Source of the DNA: Escherichia coli
GTDB lineage: Bacteria; Pseudomonadota; Gammaproteobacteria; Enterobacterales; Enterobacteriaceae
Reading direction: 5' to 3' (one strand)
Length of the DNA: 64,000 nucleotides
Assembly: GCF_041248615.1 (NCBI RefSeq)
Contig: NZ_CP158426.1
Shown: positions 1-10,734 of the stretch, in pieces
Position numbering within the stretch: position 1 is the stretch's first letter
How the letters are laid out: the number at the start of each line of letters is the position of its first letter
Notes under the pieces: model-generated
The model's database searches: none
Told to the model about the DNA's origin: nothing
What the model saw: only the letters and a program-made list of their open reading frames with translations
Position numbers and translations under genes: made by a program

Positions 1-909
1 TCATTTGCTCTACTTTTTGCCAGCCATAATAGCCTGGCGGTAACTTATCCATTACCTCCAGAGGGTAGCCGTTTAGTGGGACAGTCGCTTACTGTAACTG
101 TTCCTGATCACAATACCCAGCCGCTGGAGACTTTTGCCGCACAATACGGGCAAGGGTTAAGTAACATGCTGGAAGCGAATCCGGGCGCTGATATTTTCTT
201 GCCGAAGTCAGGCTCGCAACTCACCATTCCGCAGCAACTGATTTTGCCCGCCACTATTCGTAAAGGGATTGTGGTTAACGTCGCTGAGATGCGTCTTTAT
301 TACTACCCACCAGACAGTAATTCTGTGGAAGTCTTTCCTATTGGTATCGGCCAGGCTGGGCGAGAAACCCCGCGTAACTGGGTGACTACCGTTGAACGTA
401 AACAAGAAGCACCAACCTGGACGCCAACGCCGAACACCCGGCGCGAATATGCGAAACGAGGGGAGAGTTTGCCCGCATTTGTTCCTGCGGGGCCTGATAA
501 TCCCATGGGGCTGTATGCGATTTATATTGGCAGGCTATATGCCATCCACGGTACCAATGCCAATTTTGGTATTGGGCTCCGGGTAAGTCAGGGCTGTATT
601 CGTCTGCGCAATGACGATATCAAATATCTGTTTGATAATGTTCCTGTAGGTACTCGTGTACAAATTATTGATCAGCCAGTGAAATACACAACGGAACCGG
701 ATGGATCAAAGTGGCTGGAAGTTCATGAGCCGCTGTCGCGCAATCGTGCTGAATATGAGTCTGACCGAAAAGTGCCATTGCCGGTAACCCCATCTTTGCG
801 GGCGTTTATCAACGGGCAAGAAGTTGATGTGAATCGCGCAAATGCTGCGTTGCAACGTCGATCGGGAATGCCTGTGCAAATTAGTTCTGGTTCAAGACAG
901 ATGTTTTAA
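1..909 (+). CDS. ldtA: L,D-transpeptidase ErfK/LdtA, partial (5' end upstream of window)
   Basis: Frame of ORF 76..909 is open back to position 1; YkuD-type catalytic region (HGT...SQGCIRL); matches recalled E. coli ErfK; synteny next to asnV-nac-cbl. Confidence 0.9.
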   Translation, partial: SFALLFASHNSLAVTYPLPPEGSRLVGQSLTVTVPDHNTQPLETFAAQYGQGLSNMLEANPGADIFLPKSGSQLTIPQQLILPATIRKGIVVNVAEMRLYYYPPDSNSVEVFPIGIGQAGRETPRNWVTTVERKQEAPTWTPTPNTRREYAKRGESLPAFVPAGPDNPMGLYAIYIGRLYAIHGTNANFGIGLRVSQGCIRLRNDDIKYLFDNVPVGTRVQIIDQPVKYTTEPDGSKWLEVHEPLSRNRAEYESDRKVPLPVTPSLRAFINGQEVDVNRANAALQRRSGMPVQISSGSRQMF

Positions 910-935
910 GAGCGTTGGTAATTAGAAAGCAAAAA

Positions 936-960
936 GCCTGCTTGAAAGCAGGCTTTTTTG
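936..960. terminator. Rho-independent terminator hairpin (bidirectional, between erfK and asnV)
   Basis: GC stem gcctgctt/aagcaggc with 3-nt loop, followed by T-run on + strand and A-run (T-run on - strand) on the other side. Confidence 0.5.
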
Positions 961-964
961 AATT

Positions 965-1040
965 TGGCTCCTCTGACTGGACTCGAACCAGTGACATACG
1001 GATTAACAGTCCGCCGTTCTACCGACTGAACTACAGAGGA
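965..1040 (-). tRNA. asnV: tRNA-Asn (GUU anticodon)
   Basis: Reverse complement reads TCCTCTGTAGTTCAGTCGGTAGAACGGCGGACTGTTAATCCGTATGTCACTGGTTCGAGTCCAGTCAGAGGAGCCA, the canonical 76-nt enterobacterial tRNA-Asn; position between erfK and nac. Confidence 0.95.
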
Positions 1041-1366
1041 ATCGTGTGAACGGGGCGCATATTAATGGCAGTACATGGTGATGTCAAAGGGTGAAATGCA
1101 TTTTTTTGTTTGTTTGCTGTCAATTTCAACAAAGTGGTGAGCTTTCAATCTTATTGGGCAATGAACCATCGTGGTGCATACCCTCCTTTTATGGGGCAGG
1201 GGAACGCGACTGCTGATAAAAAGAACCTATGACGAATCTATCATAATCTCTTATTTGACAGTTGGTTAGCTTGTACATCAACGCCAAAATAAAACTGGCA
1301 AGCATCTTGCAGTCTGGTTGTAAGTAATGGCGGCACTTGGGCCGATTCTTAAAAACCGGAGGCAAC

Positions 1367-2284
1367 ATGAACTTCAGACGCCTGAAATACTTCGTAAAAA
1401 TTGTAGATATTGGTAGCCTGACCCAAGCTGCTGAAGTATTGCATATCGCACAACCAGCGCTCAGTCAGCAGGTTGCCACACTGGAAGGTGAGTTAAATCA
1501 ACAACTTTTGATTCGCACAAAACGGGGCGTTACGCCAACTGACGCCGGAAAAATTCTCTATACCCATGCGCGGGCCATTTTACGTCAGTGTGAGCAGGCC
1601 CAACTGGCGGTGCATAACGTTGGTCAGGCATTATCGGGGCAAGTCTCGATTGGCTTTGCGCCAGGAACCGCTGCGTCATCCATCACCATGCCCTTATTAC
1701 AGGCGGTTCGCGCTGAATTCCCGGAGGTCGTTATCTATCTTCATGAAAATAGCGGTGCAGTGCTTAACGAAAAACTGATAAATCACCAACTCGATATGGC
1801 GGTGATTTATGAGCATTCCCCTGTGGCTGGTGTATCCAGTCAGGCTTTACTGAAAGAAGATCTTTTTCTGGTAGGAACCCAAGATTGCCCGGGGCAAAGC
1901 GTTGATGTTAATGCTATTGCGCAAATGAACCTCTTTCTCCCAAGTGATTACAGTGCTATTAGACTTCGTGTTGATGAGGCTTTTTCCCTACGGCGACTCA
2001 CGGCAAAAGTCATTGGTGAAATTGAGTCTATTGCCACGCTTACCGCAGCGATTGCCAGCGGCATGGGCGTTGCAGTATTACCCGAATCGGCCGCGCGTTC
2101 GTTATGTGGCGCAGTAAATGGTTGGATGTCACGCATTACCACTCCTTCCATGAGTCTCTCTTTGTCATTAAATTTACCCGCCAGAGCGAACTTATCGCCA
2201 CAGGCACAGGCAGTGAAAGAGTTGTTAATGTCAGTGATGAGTTCTCCAGTGATGGAAAAAAGGCAGTGGCAATTGGTGAGCTAA
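1367..2284 (+). CDS. nac: LysR-family nitrogen assimilation control regulator Nac
   Basis: ORF 1337..2284; start moved to internal ATG at 1367 giving MNFRRLKYFVKIVDIGSLTQAAEVLHIAQPALSQQV (N-terminal HTH of LysR family); synteny. Confidence 0.9.
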   Translation: MNFRRLKYFVKIVDIGSLTQAAEVLHIAQPALSQQVATLEGELNQQLLIRTKRGVTPTDAGKILYTHARAILRQCEQAQLAVHNVGQALSGQVSIGFAPGTAASSITMPLLQAVRAEFPEVVIYLHENSGAVLNEKLINHQLDMAVIYEHSPVAGVSSQALLKEDLFLVGTQDCPGQSVDVNAIAQMNLFLPSDYSAIRLRVDEAFSLRRLTAKVIGEIESIATLTAAIASGMGVAVLPESAARSLCGAVNGWMSRITTPSMSLSLSLNLPARANLSPQAQAVKELLMSVMSSPVMEKRQWQLVS

Positions 2285-2385
2285 GCGTTATATCGGGATG
2301 GAATAAGATGCGGGTTTTTATTATTTGTTATGCCGGGCATTAGACTTTAACAATAACGGGATATCTGAACTGCCCGGAGTTTACC

Positions 2386-3336
2386 GTGAATTTCCAACAA
2401 CTAAAGATAATCCGCGAGGCTGCACGTCAGGATTACAACCTGACAGAGGTTGCGAATATGCTTTTTACCTCACAGTCAGGCGTCAGCCGTCACATTCGGG
2501 AACTGGAGGATGAACTTGGCATCGAAATATTTGTTCGACGAGGTAAGCGACTGCTGGGCATGACTGAACCGGGCAAAGCATTACTGGTCATTGCAGAACG
2601 CATTCTTAATGAAGCCAGTAATGTTCGTCGGCTTGCAGACCTGTTTACCAACGATACGTCTGGCGTTCTCACTATTGCAACGACGCATACTCAGGCACGT
2701 TATAGCTTGCCTGAGGTCATTAAAGCTTTTCGCGAACTTTTCCCGGAGGTTCGGCTGGAGCTAATCCAGGGTACACCACAGGAAATTGCGACGTTGTTGC
2801 AAAATGGCGAAGCTGATATTGGTATCGCCAGCGAGCGTTTGAGTAATGACCCGCAGCTCGTCGCCTTCCCGTGGTTTCGTTGGCACCATAGTTTGCTTGT
2901 TCCACTCGATCATCCCTTGACGCAAATTACACCGTTGACGCTGGAATCAATAGCGAAGTGGCCGTTAATTACTTACCGACAGGGGATTACGGGGCGCTCA
3001 CGTATTGATGACGCATTTGTCCGCAAAGGTTTGCTGGCAGATATTGTATTAAGTGCGCAGGATTCTGATGTCATTAAAACCTATGTTGCTCTTGGGCTGG
3101 GGATCGGATTAGTTGCCGAACAATCCAGTGGTGAACAAGAGGAAAAGAATTTAATCCGTCTGGATACGAGGCATCTTTTCGATGCTAATACTGTCTGGTT
3201 GGGACTGAAGCGAGGGCAACTTCAACGTAACTATGTCTGGCGCTTTCTGGAACTTTGTAATGCAGGACTGTCAGTTGAGGATATCAAGCGCCAGGTGATG
3301 GAGAATAGTGAAGAGGAAATTGATTATCAGATATAG
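2386..3336 (+). CDS. cbl: LysR-family regulator Cbl (CysB-like)
   Basis: 316-aa ORF with GTG start, LysR HTH (FTSQSGVSRHIRELEDELG) and CysB-like substrate domain; adjacent to nac as in K-12. Confidence 0.9.
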   Translation: MNFQQLKIIREAARQDYNLTEVANMLFTSQSGVSRHIRELEDELGIEIFVRRGKRLLGMTEPGKALLVIAERILNEASNVRRLADLFTNDTSGVLTIATTHTQARYSLPEVIKAFRELFPEVRLELIQGTPQEIATLLQNGEADIGIASERLSNDPQLVAFPWFRWHHSLLVPLDHPLTQITPLTLESIAKWPLITYRQGITGRSRIDDAFVRKGLLADIVLSAQDSDVIKTYVALGLGIGLVAEQSSGEQEEKNLIRLDTRHLFDANTVWLGLKRGQLQRNYVWRFLELCNAGLSVEDIKRQVMENSEEEIDYQI

Positions 3337-3342
3337 CAAAAA

Positions 3343-3366
3343 GCCCGCTATAAAAGCGGGCTTTTC
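3343..3366. terminator. Rho-independent terminator hairpin after cbl (shared with asnU on opposite strand)
   Basis: Stem gcccgct/agcgggc with 5-nt loop followed by TTTT. Confidence 0.5.
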
Positions 3367-3373
3367 AGAAATT

Positions 3374-3449
3374 TGGCTCCTCTGACTGGACTCGAACCAG
3401 TGACATACGGATTAACAGTCCGCCGTTCTACCGACTGAACTACAGAGGA
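3374..3449 (-). tRNA. asnU: tRNA-Asn (GUU anticodon)
   Basis: Identical 76-nt tRNA-Asn sequence on minus strand; located between cbl and yeeO. Confidence 0.95.
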
Positions 3450-3609
3450 ATCGCTGTTGAGGCACATCTTAACGGCGAAAAATCTTTTGTCAAACCCGAT
3501 TTTTAAATTTCCCAACTGTTTGCCGTTTCTATCAACAGTTTGTTGCATTTGCAGACAATTTGTTGGCGAAAATCTTTGCAGCTTTGCTGATTCTCCCTCA
3601 TTATTTGAA

Positions 3610-5097
3610 ATGTGGTTTCACTTTCTGCAATTAAGGTCGGCTTTGAATATCTCCTCTGCTTTACGCCAGGTTGTTCACGGCACTCGCTGGCACGCTAAAC
3701 GCAAGAGCTACAAAGTGTTGTTCTGGCGCGAGATAACCCCGCTTGCTGTTCCTATCTTCATGGAGAACGCCTGTGTCCTGTTGATGGGTGTCCTGAGCAC
3801 TTTTCTGGTCAGCTGGCTGGGAAAAGATGCGATGGCCGGCGTGGGATTGGCGGACAGCTTCAATATGGTCATTATGGCATTTTTTGCGGCTATCGATCTT
3901 GGTACCACTGTCGTTGTGGCATTTAGTCTCGGTAAGCGGGATCGACGACGAGCGAGGGTGGCGACGCGGCAGTCATTGGTGATCATGACGTTGTTTGCCG
4001 TGCTGTTGGCAACGCTTATTCATCATTTTGGCGAACAAATTATTGATTTCGTTGCGGGTGATGCCACGACAGAAGTTAAAGCACTGGCGTTGACTTATCT
4101 GGAGCTGACGGTACTTAGTTATCCAGCAGCTGCCATCACTTTGATTGGTAGCGGGGCACTTCGTGGTGCAGGGAATACGAAAATACCGCTACTGATTAAC
4201 GGTAGCCTGAATATTCTTAATATTATTATTAGCGGCATATTGATTTACGGCCTTTTCTCCTGGCCGGGACTGGGATTTGTCGGGGCTGGGTTGGGGTTAA
4301 CCATTTCTCGTTATATTGGCGCAGTGGCAATTTTGTGGGTGCTGGCGATTGGTTTTAATCCTGCGCTAAGGATTTCGTTAAAGAGCTATTTTAAACCGCT
4401 GAATTTTAGCATTATCTGGGAAGTCATGGGGATTGGTATTCCAGCAAGTGTCGAATCAGTATTATTTACCAGTGGTCGGTTATTAACCCAAATGTTCGTT
4501 GCCGGGATGGGGACCAGTGTTATTGCCGGAAATTTTATCGCGTTTTCAATTGCGGCTCTTATCAACTTACCCGGAAGTGCGCTCGGCTCTGCTTCTACGA
4601 TCATTACAGGCCGAAGGTTGGGAGTAGGGCAGATAGCGCAAGCAGAGATTCAGTTGCGGCATGTGTTCTGGCTGTCCACTCTTGGATTAACGGCCATCGC
4701 CTGGCTAACGGCTCCCTTTGCCGGGGTTATGGCATCGTTTTACACCCAGGATCCACAGGTTAAACATGTCGTTGTGATTCTGATTTGGCTAAATGCTTTA
4801 TTTATGCCTATTTGGTCTGCCTCATGGGTGCTACCCGCTGGATTTAAGGGTGCTCGCGATGCACGTTACGCCATGTGGGTTTCTATGTTGAGCATGTGGG
4901 GTTGCCGGGTTGTAGTCGGTTATGTGCTGGGAATCATGCTTGGCTGGGGTGTGGTTGGTGTCTGGATGGGAATGTTTGCCGACTGGGCTGTGCGGGCCGT
5001 GCTGTTTTACTGGCGAATGGTTACTGGACGTTGGCTGTGGAAATATCCTCGATCTGAGCCGCAAAAGTGTGAAAAAAAGCCAATTGTGTCGGAATAA
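3610..5097 (+). CDS. yeeO: MATE-family efflux transporter YeeO
   Basis: ORF 3457..5097 is highly hydrophobic multi-pass membrane protein; the 5' extension overlaps tRNA asnU, so start placed at ATG 3610 (495 aa, MWFHFLQL...). Confidence 0.85.
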   Translation: MWFHFLQLRSALNISSALRQVVHGTRWHAKRKSYKVLFWREITPLAVPIFMENACVLLMGVLSTFLVSWLGKDAMAGVGLADSFNMVIMAFFAAIDLGTTVVVAFSLGKRDRRRARVATRQSLVIMTLFAVLLATLIHHFGEQIIDFVAGDATTEVKALALTYLELTVLSYPAAAITLIGSGALRGAGNTKIPLLINGSLNILNIIISGILIYGLFSWPGLGFVGAGLGLTISRYIGAVAILWVLAIGFNPALRISLKSYFKPLNFSIIWEVMGIGIPASVESVLFTSGRLLTQMFVAGMGTSVIAGNFIAFSIAALINLPGSALGSASTIITGRRLGVGQIAQAEIQLRHVFWLSTLGLTAIAWLTAPFAGVMASFYTQDPQVKHVVVILIWLNALFMPIWSASWVLPAGFKGARDARYAMWVSMLSMWGCRVVVGYVLGIMLGWGVVGVWMGMFADWAVRAVLFYWRMVTGRWLWKYPRSEPQKCEKKPIVSE

Positions 5098-5197
5098 ACG
5101 ACAAAGTGCAGATTATTTCAGCAAACGATTTCAAATTTAAAAAACAGGCTTTGACATTGTGGATGGGCATCGCTAATATTCGCCTCGTTCTCACGAT

Positions 5198-5273
5198 TCC
5201 TCTGTAGTTCAGTCGGTAGAACGGCGGACTGTTAATCCGTATGTCACTGGTTCGAGTCCAGTCAGAGGAGCCA
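5198..5273 (+). tRNA. asnW: tRNA-Asn (GUU anticodon); integration site of island 1
   Basis: Canonical 76-nt tRNA-Asn sequence on + strand, immediately followed by a P4-type integrase gene. Confidence 0.95.
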
Positions 5274-5434
5274 AATTCAAGTTTTCATGCTTATCTGTAC
5301 GTCTCTATTTGTTTACGATTCAGTAAGTTAGCGTGAAAATCCTTCCCGGTGCGTATCTGGTTTTCTCTCTGTATCGGGATAATTTGGTGGTCAGATCTGG
5401 GGTCAGTTTGGTTCGATTCTGGAGTGACCCCCAA

Positions 5435-6696
5435 ATGTCTTTAAACGATTCTAAAATCCGCAAGTTAAAACCCTCTTCCCGTCTGGTAAAACTCTCCGAC
5501 TCTCACGGTCTGTATCTGCTCGTCAATCCGGGCGGTTCACGCATCTGGTATCTCAAATATCGTTTCAACGGAAAAGAATCCAGAGTCAGTCTTGGCGCAT
5601 ACCCGCTTGTCTCACTGGCAGAAGCCAGGCAACAGCGCGACGGTATCCGTAAGTTACTGGCGCAGAATATCAACCCGGCGCAGCAGCGCATGGCGGAGAA
5701 AGCGGCCTGCTCCCCTGAAAAGTGCTTTAAGGCAGTGGCGCTGGCCTGGCACAAAACCAACAAAAAATGGTCGGCTGATTATGCCGCCCGTATTCTCGCC
5801 AGTATGGAAAACCATATCTTCCCGGCGATTGGTCATCTGCCAGTTGCCACTCTTAAAACGCAGGATTTACTGCTTTGTTGCGGGTTATCGAGGATAAAGG
5901 CTTTCTGGAAGTCGCGTCCCGAACCCGGCAGCAACTCAGCAACATCATGTGCTATGCCGTTCAGCAGGGGCTTACCGAAAGCAATCCGGCGCAGCATCTG
6001 GATGGCGTTGTCGCCTCACCCGTAAAGAATCACTACCCCGCGTTACTGCTGGAGCGGTTGCCCGAACTGCTTGGCCGCATCGGTGACTATCAGCAGGGCC
6101 GGGAGTTAACACGGCTGGCGGTGGTGCTGACGTTGCACCTGTTTATCCGTTCCAGCGAACTGCGTTTCGCCCGCTGGAGCGAGATCGATTTCAGGCACAA
6201 AATCTGGACCATCCCCGCCACCCGCGAGGCAATCGACAAAGTACGGTTTTCGGGGCGTGGCGCAAAAATACGTACCCCGCATATCGTGCCGCTCTCCCGC
6301 CAGGCGATTGCCATTCTGAAACAGATACAGGAGCTTTCCGGCCATCTGGATCTGGTGTTTCCCGGTGATCATAACCCGTACAAGCCAATGAGTGAAAACA
6401 CCACCAACCGGGCGCTACGCCTGATGGGGTATGATACGAAAACTGAAATCTGCGGGCATGGACTCAGGGCGATGGCCTGTAGCGCCCTGGTGGAGTCGGA
6501 GCTGTGGTCACGCGATACGGTGGAGCGGCAAATGAGCCACCAGGAGCGTAACAGCGTGCGGGCAGCCTATGTGCATAAAGCGGAGCATCTGGAGGCCAGA
6601 AAGGCCATGATGCAGTGGTGGTCGGATTATCTGGATGTGTGCCGCGAGGGGTATGTTGCGCCGTACATTTATGCCCGGCAGCATAAGGCAGCCTGA
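5435..6696 (+). pseudogene. P4-family tyrosine integrase, frameshifted near 5872
   Basis: N-terminal part (MSLNDSKIRKLKP...ATLKTQDLL) is in frame 2 (ORF 5333..6025); C-terminal part (LRVIEDKG...HGLRAM...Y) is in frame 1 (ORF 5875..6696); restoring one C at about 5872 (ctgcCtttg) would give a contiguous DLLPLLRVIEDKG integrase of about 420 aa. Confidence 0.8.
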
Positions 6697-6835
6697 ATCA
6701 GAAATAACGGAAATCATTAAAAATGTAAAAGCAGATCCTGATTGACCGGGATCTGCTTATTGTATTGAGAAGTATTACCATTTTTCTGTTATTATCAATC
6801 GGAAAGTATCTAAAAATATTTGGCCCCAAATAATT

Positions 6836-7260
6836 TTGGTGAAAACCAATCAATAAACCATTTATCAATAGGTAAGTACCGGAAATTATTCCAGTAGAAT
6901 ATTTTCAGGCGATTGCCTATTAATAAATACATTATTGATAGATAAGTGCCTTCTGTGATTTGTCCGCAAATCACAGAAGATGAAAACCTATCAATACGGG
7001 ATATTTTCACGGAAATACCAATTAATACTCCAGAATATCTCCTGACCATATACTCTGAAACCTGTAAGAACTGCATCAGATATTGAGAGACCATATAGAT
7101 ATAAGTCTGAAATTATTTTGTTTCCAATGATTTCAGGCGAAAACCTATCAATGCATCTGTTTTCAATAGGCAGCCACCTTCCGTGATTAACATGTTAATC
7201 ACGGAAGGTGAAAAGCTATCAATAATCGATATTTTCACGGAATTACCACTTAATACATCC
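6836..7260. repeat. AT-rich iteron-like array: 4 copies of GAAAA(C/G)C(T/A)ATCAAT plus two long palindromes
   Basis: Motif at 6841, 6981, 7140, 7209; palindrome tctgtgatttgtccgcaaatcacaga (6952..6977) and perfect palindrome ccttccgtgattaacatgttaatcacggaagg (7177..7208); repeated gatattttcacggaa(a/t)tacca blocks. Confidence 0.55.
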
Positions 7261-8033
7261 CAAAAAATGCGCCATAAAATACCGGGCAATCTTTCCTGAT
7301 ACACATTATCACTGCACCAGCTATACAGAGACAAAATAATCTGCACCAGCCCCTGTAAATCGGTTATTTGTGCCAGTGTCCCGCCGCTCTACCTGTTCAG
7401 GGTTGTGCCAGTTTCTGGCCCTTTGGTTTTCGGCCCTTTCCGGTCAGGCGCTGTTACCCTTATTGCCCCTTAACCTTTATGACCCTTTCCCTTTCTGACG
7501 CAACCAGTTTATTTTGAAATGCTCCATGACAGTCTGCACCAGACTGTATTTTCACCACAGGATAACGATCACAAAGTGCAAAAAAATAACATGAAGCACC
7601 GAAGATTGTTAATCTATATGTAGCAGGTAATGATGTCAAAAACTGTCGCAGCATTTTTTATAAAATTATGAGACATTCTGTGGGCATATAATATATGTCA
7701 CAAGATGCAGGAAAACAAAGAGAGAGTTTTCAGATATAATCCCGCGTTAGAATTAATGTGATGCCCCGGTGAATTTACATTTTAAAATTTCCCTGTCCCG
7801 TAATATCGGTAAAAACGATTGAAACACCAACTATTAATCGGGAACGTCTCGAGTGATTACAGGGTAATCACTATAATATCCCGGCAAACTATATTGGTTA
7901 AGCAGGAGAATCTGATCAGTTGATATTTATTCGTCATGCTGTAACGATATTTTCACAATATAAACCCGTTCGCCCCCTGCGCCAGATCCGGTACAGAGGG
8001 TACGATAAATCGCTGTCGTTACGCAGTAACGTA

Positions 8034-8650
8034 CTATTTTGCGACATTCATGAATTCAGTCATTCCTCCCTCCAGCGGTAGCCGTACACCTGTTTCACCC
8101 AGCGACCGCGACCGTCGCCATGACCCAGATCCGTCGCCGTCAGCGCCAGTGACTCCTTTTCGCTGAATCCCTGCGCCAGTATCCAGGACTGTCGTATAAC
8201 GGGGACGCCCGCCTTTGGTGCCAAATACCACTTTTAGCCGGGTTTCACCGCGGGAAATGGCTTTCAGCCACGTTTTCAGCGACTGTGAACTCTGTACCGC
8301 CTCCTGCGAACGCAGCCCCATCAGCCGCGCAATCTCCAGGCTGCTGCCAGCCCTGCGTCCTGAGTACGGGCTTTCTCCATCACCTGCCTGCGTCCAGCCT
8401 GTCTCAGCACGGCCCGCAACGCTGCCATTTCGTTTTGCAACGTTCGTAAACCAATATCCAGCTCCAGCCGTTCCTCAATGTAGCATTCGATATGGCGAAC
8501 CTTGATCTGCTCCACCCGCTGGATCTGGATATTCAGCGCCCGTAAATGTTCACTGAACCGTTTTGTAATATGGATACGGTCATTCACCGTTTTGAAGCTG
8601 CCGCCCGCTTTCTTCGCCAGCGCCTTCATTTCACTGCTTAATTTACTCAT
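8034..8650 (-). pseudogene. Degenerate tyrosine-recombinase (integrase) remnant
   Basis: ORF 8321..8650 resembles an integrase N-terminal SAM-like domain; the adjacent out-of-frame ORF 8034..8321 has a GTKGGRPRYTTVLD segment resembling the TGKGGK.R..P recombinase box; no intact catalytic C-terminus. Confidence 0.4.
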
Positions 8651-9566
8651 GAATCCCTCTGCAACAAAAACAAACAGTCTCCGGCGTGTGCTTTTTGGCT
8701 GCGCCAGAACGATACCTTTACGCCGGAGTGGTAGTTTGTTGAGGTTTAGGGAGTTTCAGGCTGTACGCAGTACAGACTGCCTGCGAAGCAGGAGTGTCTC
8801 CGGGGCTTCTTGCCCCCCTCGGTATCGATCTTTTTCTCCTTTACTCTTAGCTGACAGCGGCCCCAAAGGGCATGTCAGACGGCGGAAATATGGCGCAGGC
8901 CAGAACTGGCGCGGCTTGTGGCGGTGAGTTGTGCGGCGTCACTTTGCTTTTTCGCTGGCGCGACCAAAGTGACGCCTCGTCTGGTGCAGGGGGTAAACGT
9001 TACGTTTCTGGTGCAGGGTGACGGTCACGCGGCAGCAAAGCCTGACGGCAATGCAGGCCGCAGCCCGTCAATGTAAGGCGCTGGTTGTCAGCAGAAGATA
9101 AAACCCGGCAAAGCCAGAGTGTCAGCCCGTAAAGCCGGGTATCTGGTGCAGTGATGGTGTATATGTACGTCAGTCTCAGATGCAGGTATTTTTGCATCCC
9201 CGGCGTTTTCAGAGATCAACGCCGGTAAAGGATGCCATGCTGGCGAAGCCAGGCGCTTCTTTCAGACGTGAAGCGACAAAGGGACTGCCCGGAGGCAGTT
9301 TGTTGCAGGCGGGAGACTGCGCCATTATTTCTGGTGCAGGAAGGAAAAACTGTTTCCGGGTTTAAAAGATTGTTTGCTTACCTGGTGACGGAAAAACTGC
9401 CGCGCTTCGCTTGTCTTCTCCCGGCGCGCTGCCAGCAAAAGCAGGCAGCGCGCCGGGAGAGTCTGGTTTTACTGTAACAATGCGCCTGACGGTTCAGCCA
9501 TCAGGATCGGCGTTTATGCATGAGTCTTCCGGTACGGTTGCCCCGATCATCGATGTATCTGGACGG

Positions 9567-9755
9567 TCAGATAATTTCCGGTGATGTTTCCAGCGCATCC
9601 GCAATCAGTTTTTCGCCGCGCGGCCTGGAGCGGGTCAGCGCATTTGCCAGCGTGGAAGACGCCAGCCCGGCCCTGCGGGAAACCTCAGCCAGCGATGTTC
9701 CCTTTTTTCTCAGGCCCGCGATAATATCGGCGGGGTGCCAGTCGGGTTGCATCAT
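9567..9755 (-). CDS. Ner/Nlp-like small HTH DNA-binding protein
   Basis: 62-aa ORF with WHPADIIAGLRKKGTSLAEVSRRAGLASSTLANAL, closely resembling the Ner/Nlp family. Confidence 0.6.
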   Translation of the reverse strand: MMQPDWHPADIIAGLRKKGTSLAEVSRRAGLASSTLANALTRSRPRGEKLIADALETSPEII

Positions 9756-10213
9756 GCTGGCCTCCCGTCGATAACCTGTATGCCGTCAGCAGTACATATC
9801 CAGCGTGGGGCGTTCAGATTGGCGGCAAAATACCAGACCAGTTCGCACAGCAGCCCGGTCAGCGTGGTTTCGGTTTCCGGCAGCAGCACGTGGCCGTTCA
9901 GTATCTGCGTCAGCGCCAGGCAGTAATCGCAGAGTGATCCTGCATCAGGCTCAAAACCGGGTGAAACATCGGGAAGATCATTCGTAATAAACCCGTCAAT
10001 CAGATGTGGTGGGATCGGCTCGTTCAGCGTGGGCCGCAACAGTGCAAGACAGGTATTAAGCCTGCCACAGAGCGCCGTTTTCAGCGCCGGATCGCAGCAC
10101 TCGATGAGCGTTGTGGCAACGCGATCGCAGTACTCCGCCAGATCGGTGAAATCGGTAGCGGCACTAAAGGGAACAGCAAGTAAATTGCATTCAGAGGTGA
10201 GAGTAGTCGCCAT
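9752..10213 (-). CDS. Hypothetical protein (153 aa), 4-bp overlap with downstream Ner-like gene
   Basis: ORF only; overlapping stop/start with the Ner-like gene suggests an operon; no recognised domain. Confidence 0.35.
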   Translation of the reverse strand: MATTLTSECNLLAVPFSAATDFTDLAEYCDRVATTLIECCDPALKTALCGRLNTCLALLRPTLNEPIPPHLIDGFITNDLPDVSPGFEPDAGSLCDYCLALTQILNGHVLLPETETTLTGLLCELVWYFAANLNAPRWICTADGIQVIDGRPA

Positions 10214-10734
10214 AAGGCCGTCTACAGTGAGTGATAAATATTCCAGCCACTGGAGAGGCTAATCTCACGGGTGGTGGAACCGGACGGGGTTAGCCTTACC
10301 AGCCTCACTGACACTGGCGCGTCTTTCGACGCCCCCGCCCGATCCCGCCATTGAGATGAGACCGTGCGCGACACACAAATATTGTATCGTCAGTGAGGAT
10401 CTTCAGGAGGCTAATCCCGACGCCTGATTTTGCAGGCGCGGCGCAACAATACAATGTTCGGTAATTTTCAGCAAGAGGTTTAGCGGAAGCAGACGCACAG
10501 GAAAATACAATCACGCGATAAATATTAAATACAATTATATTTATATAAAATATATATTGAGCAATATGCAGACACTTTCCAGTAAATATCCTGTCAGTTA
10601 ATTCGTCCCGTTGATATCAGTCAAAAAAATAAATGTAAAAAGAGCGTATTTCGTTTCATACAGTAACGTTATTTATCATTTTGTCCGGTGTCGCCAGCAT
10701 CAGGCCAGATGAACCATAAAAAAGGATATCAGCG

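Noticed and set aside
3457-3609. N-terminal 51-codon extension of the yeeO ORF
   Set aside because: Overlaps the tRNA-Asn (asnU) gene on the opposite strand; the internal ATG at 3610 gives the expected 495-aa MATE transporter.
6810-7346. Two minus-strand ORFs (94 and 77 aa) within the iteron/palindrome array
   Set aside because: Low-complexity AT-rich translations coinciding with the DNA repeats; more likely a non-coding regulatory/origin region.
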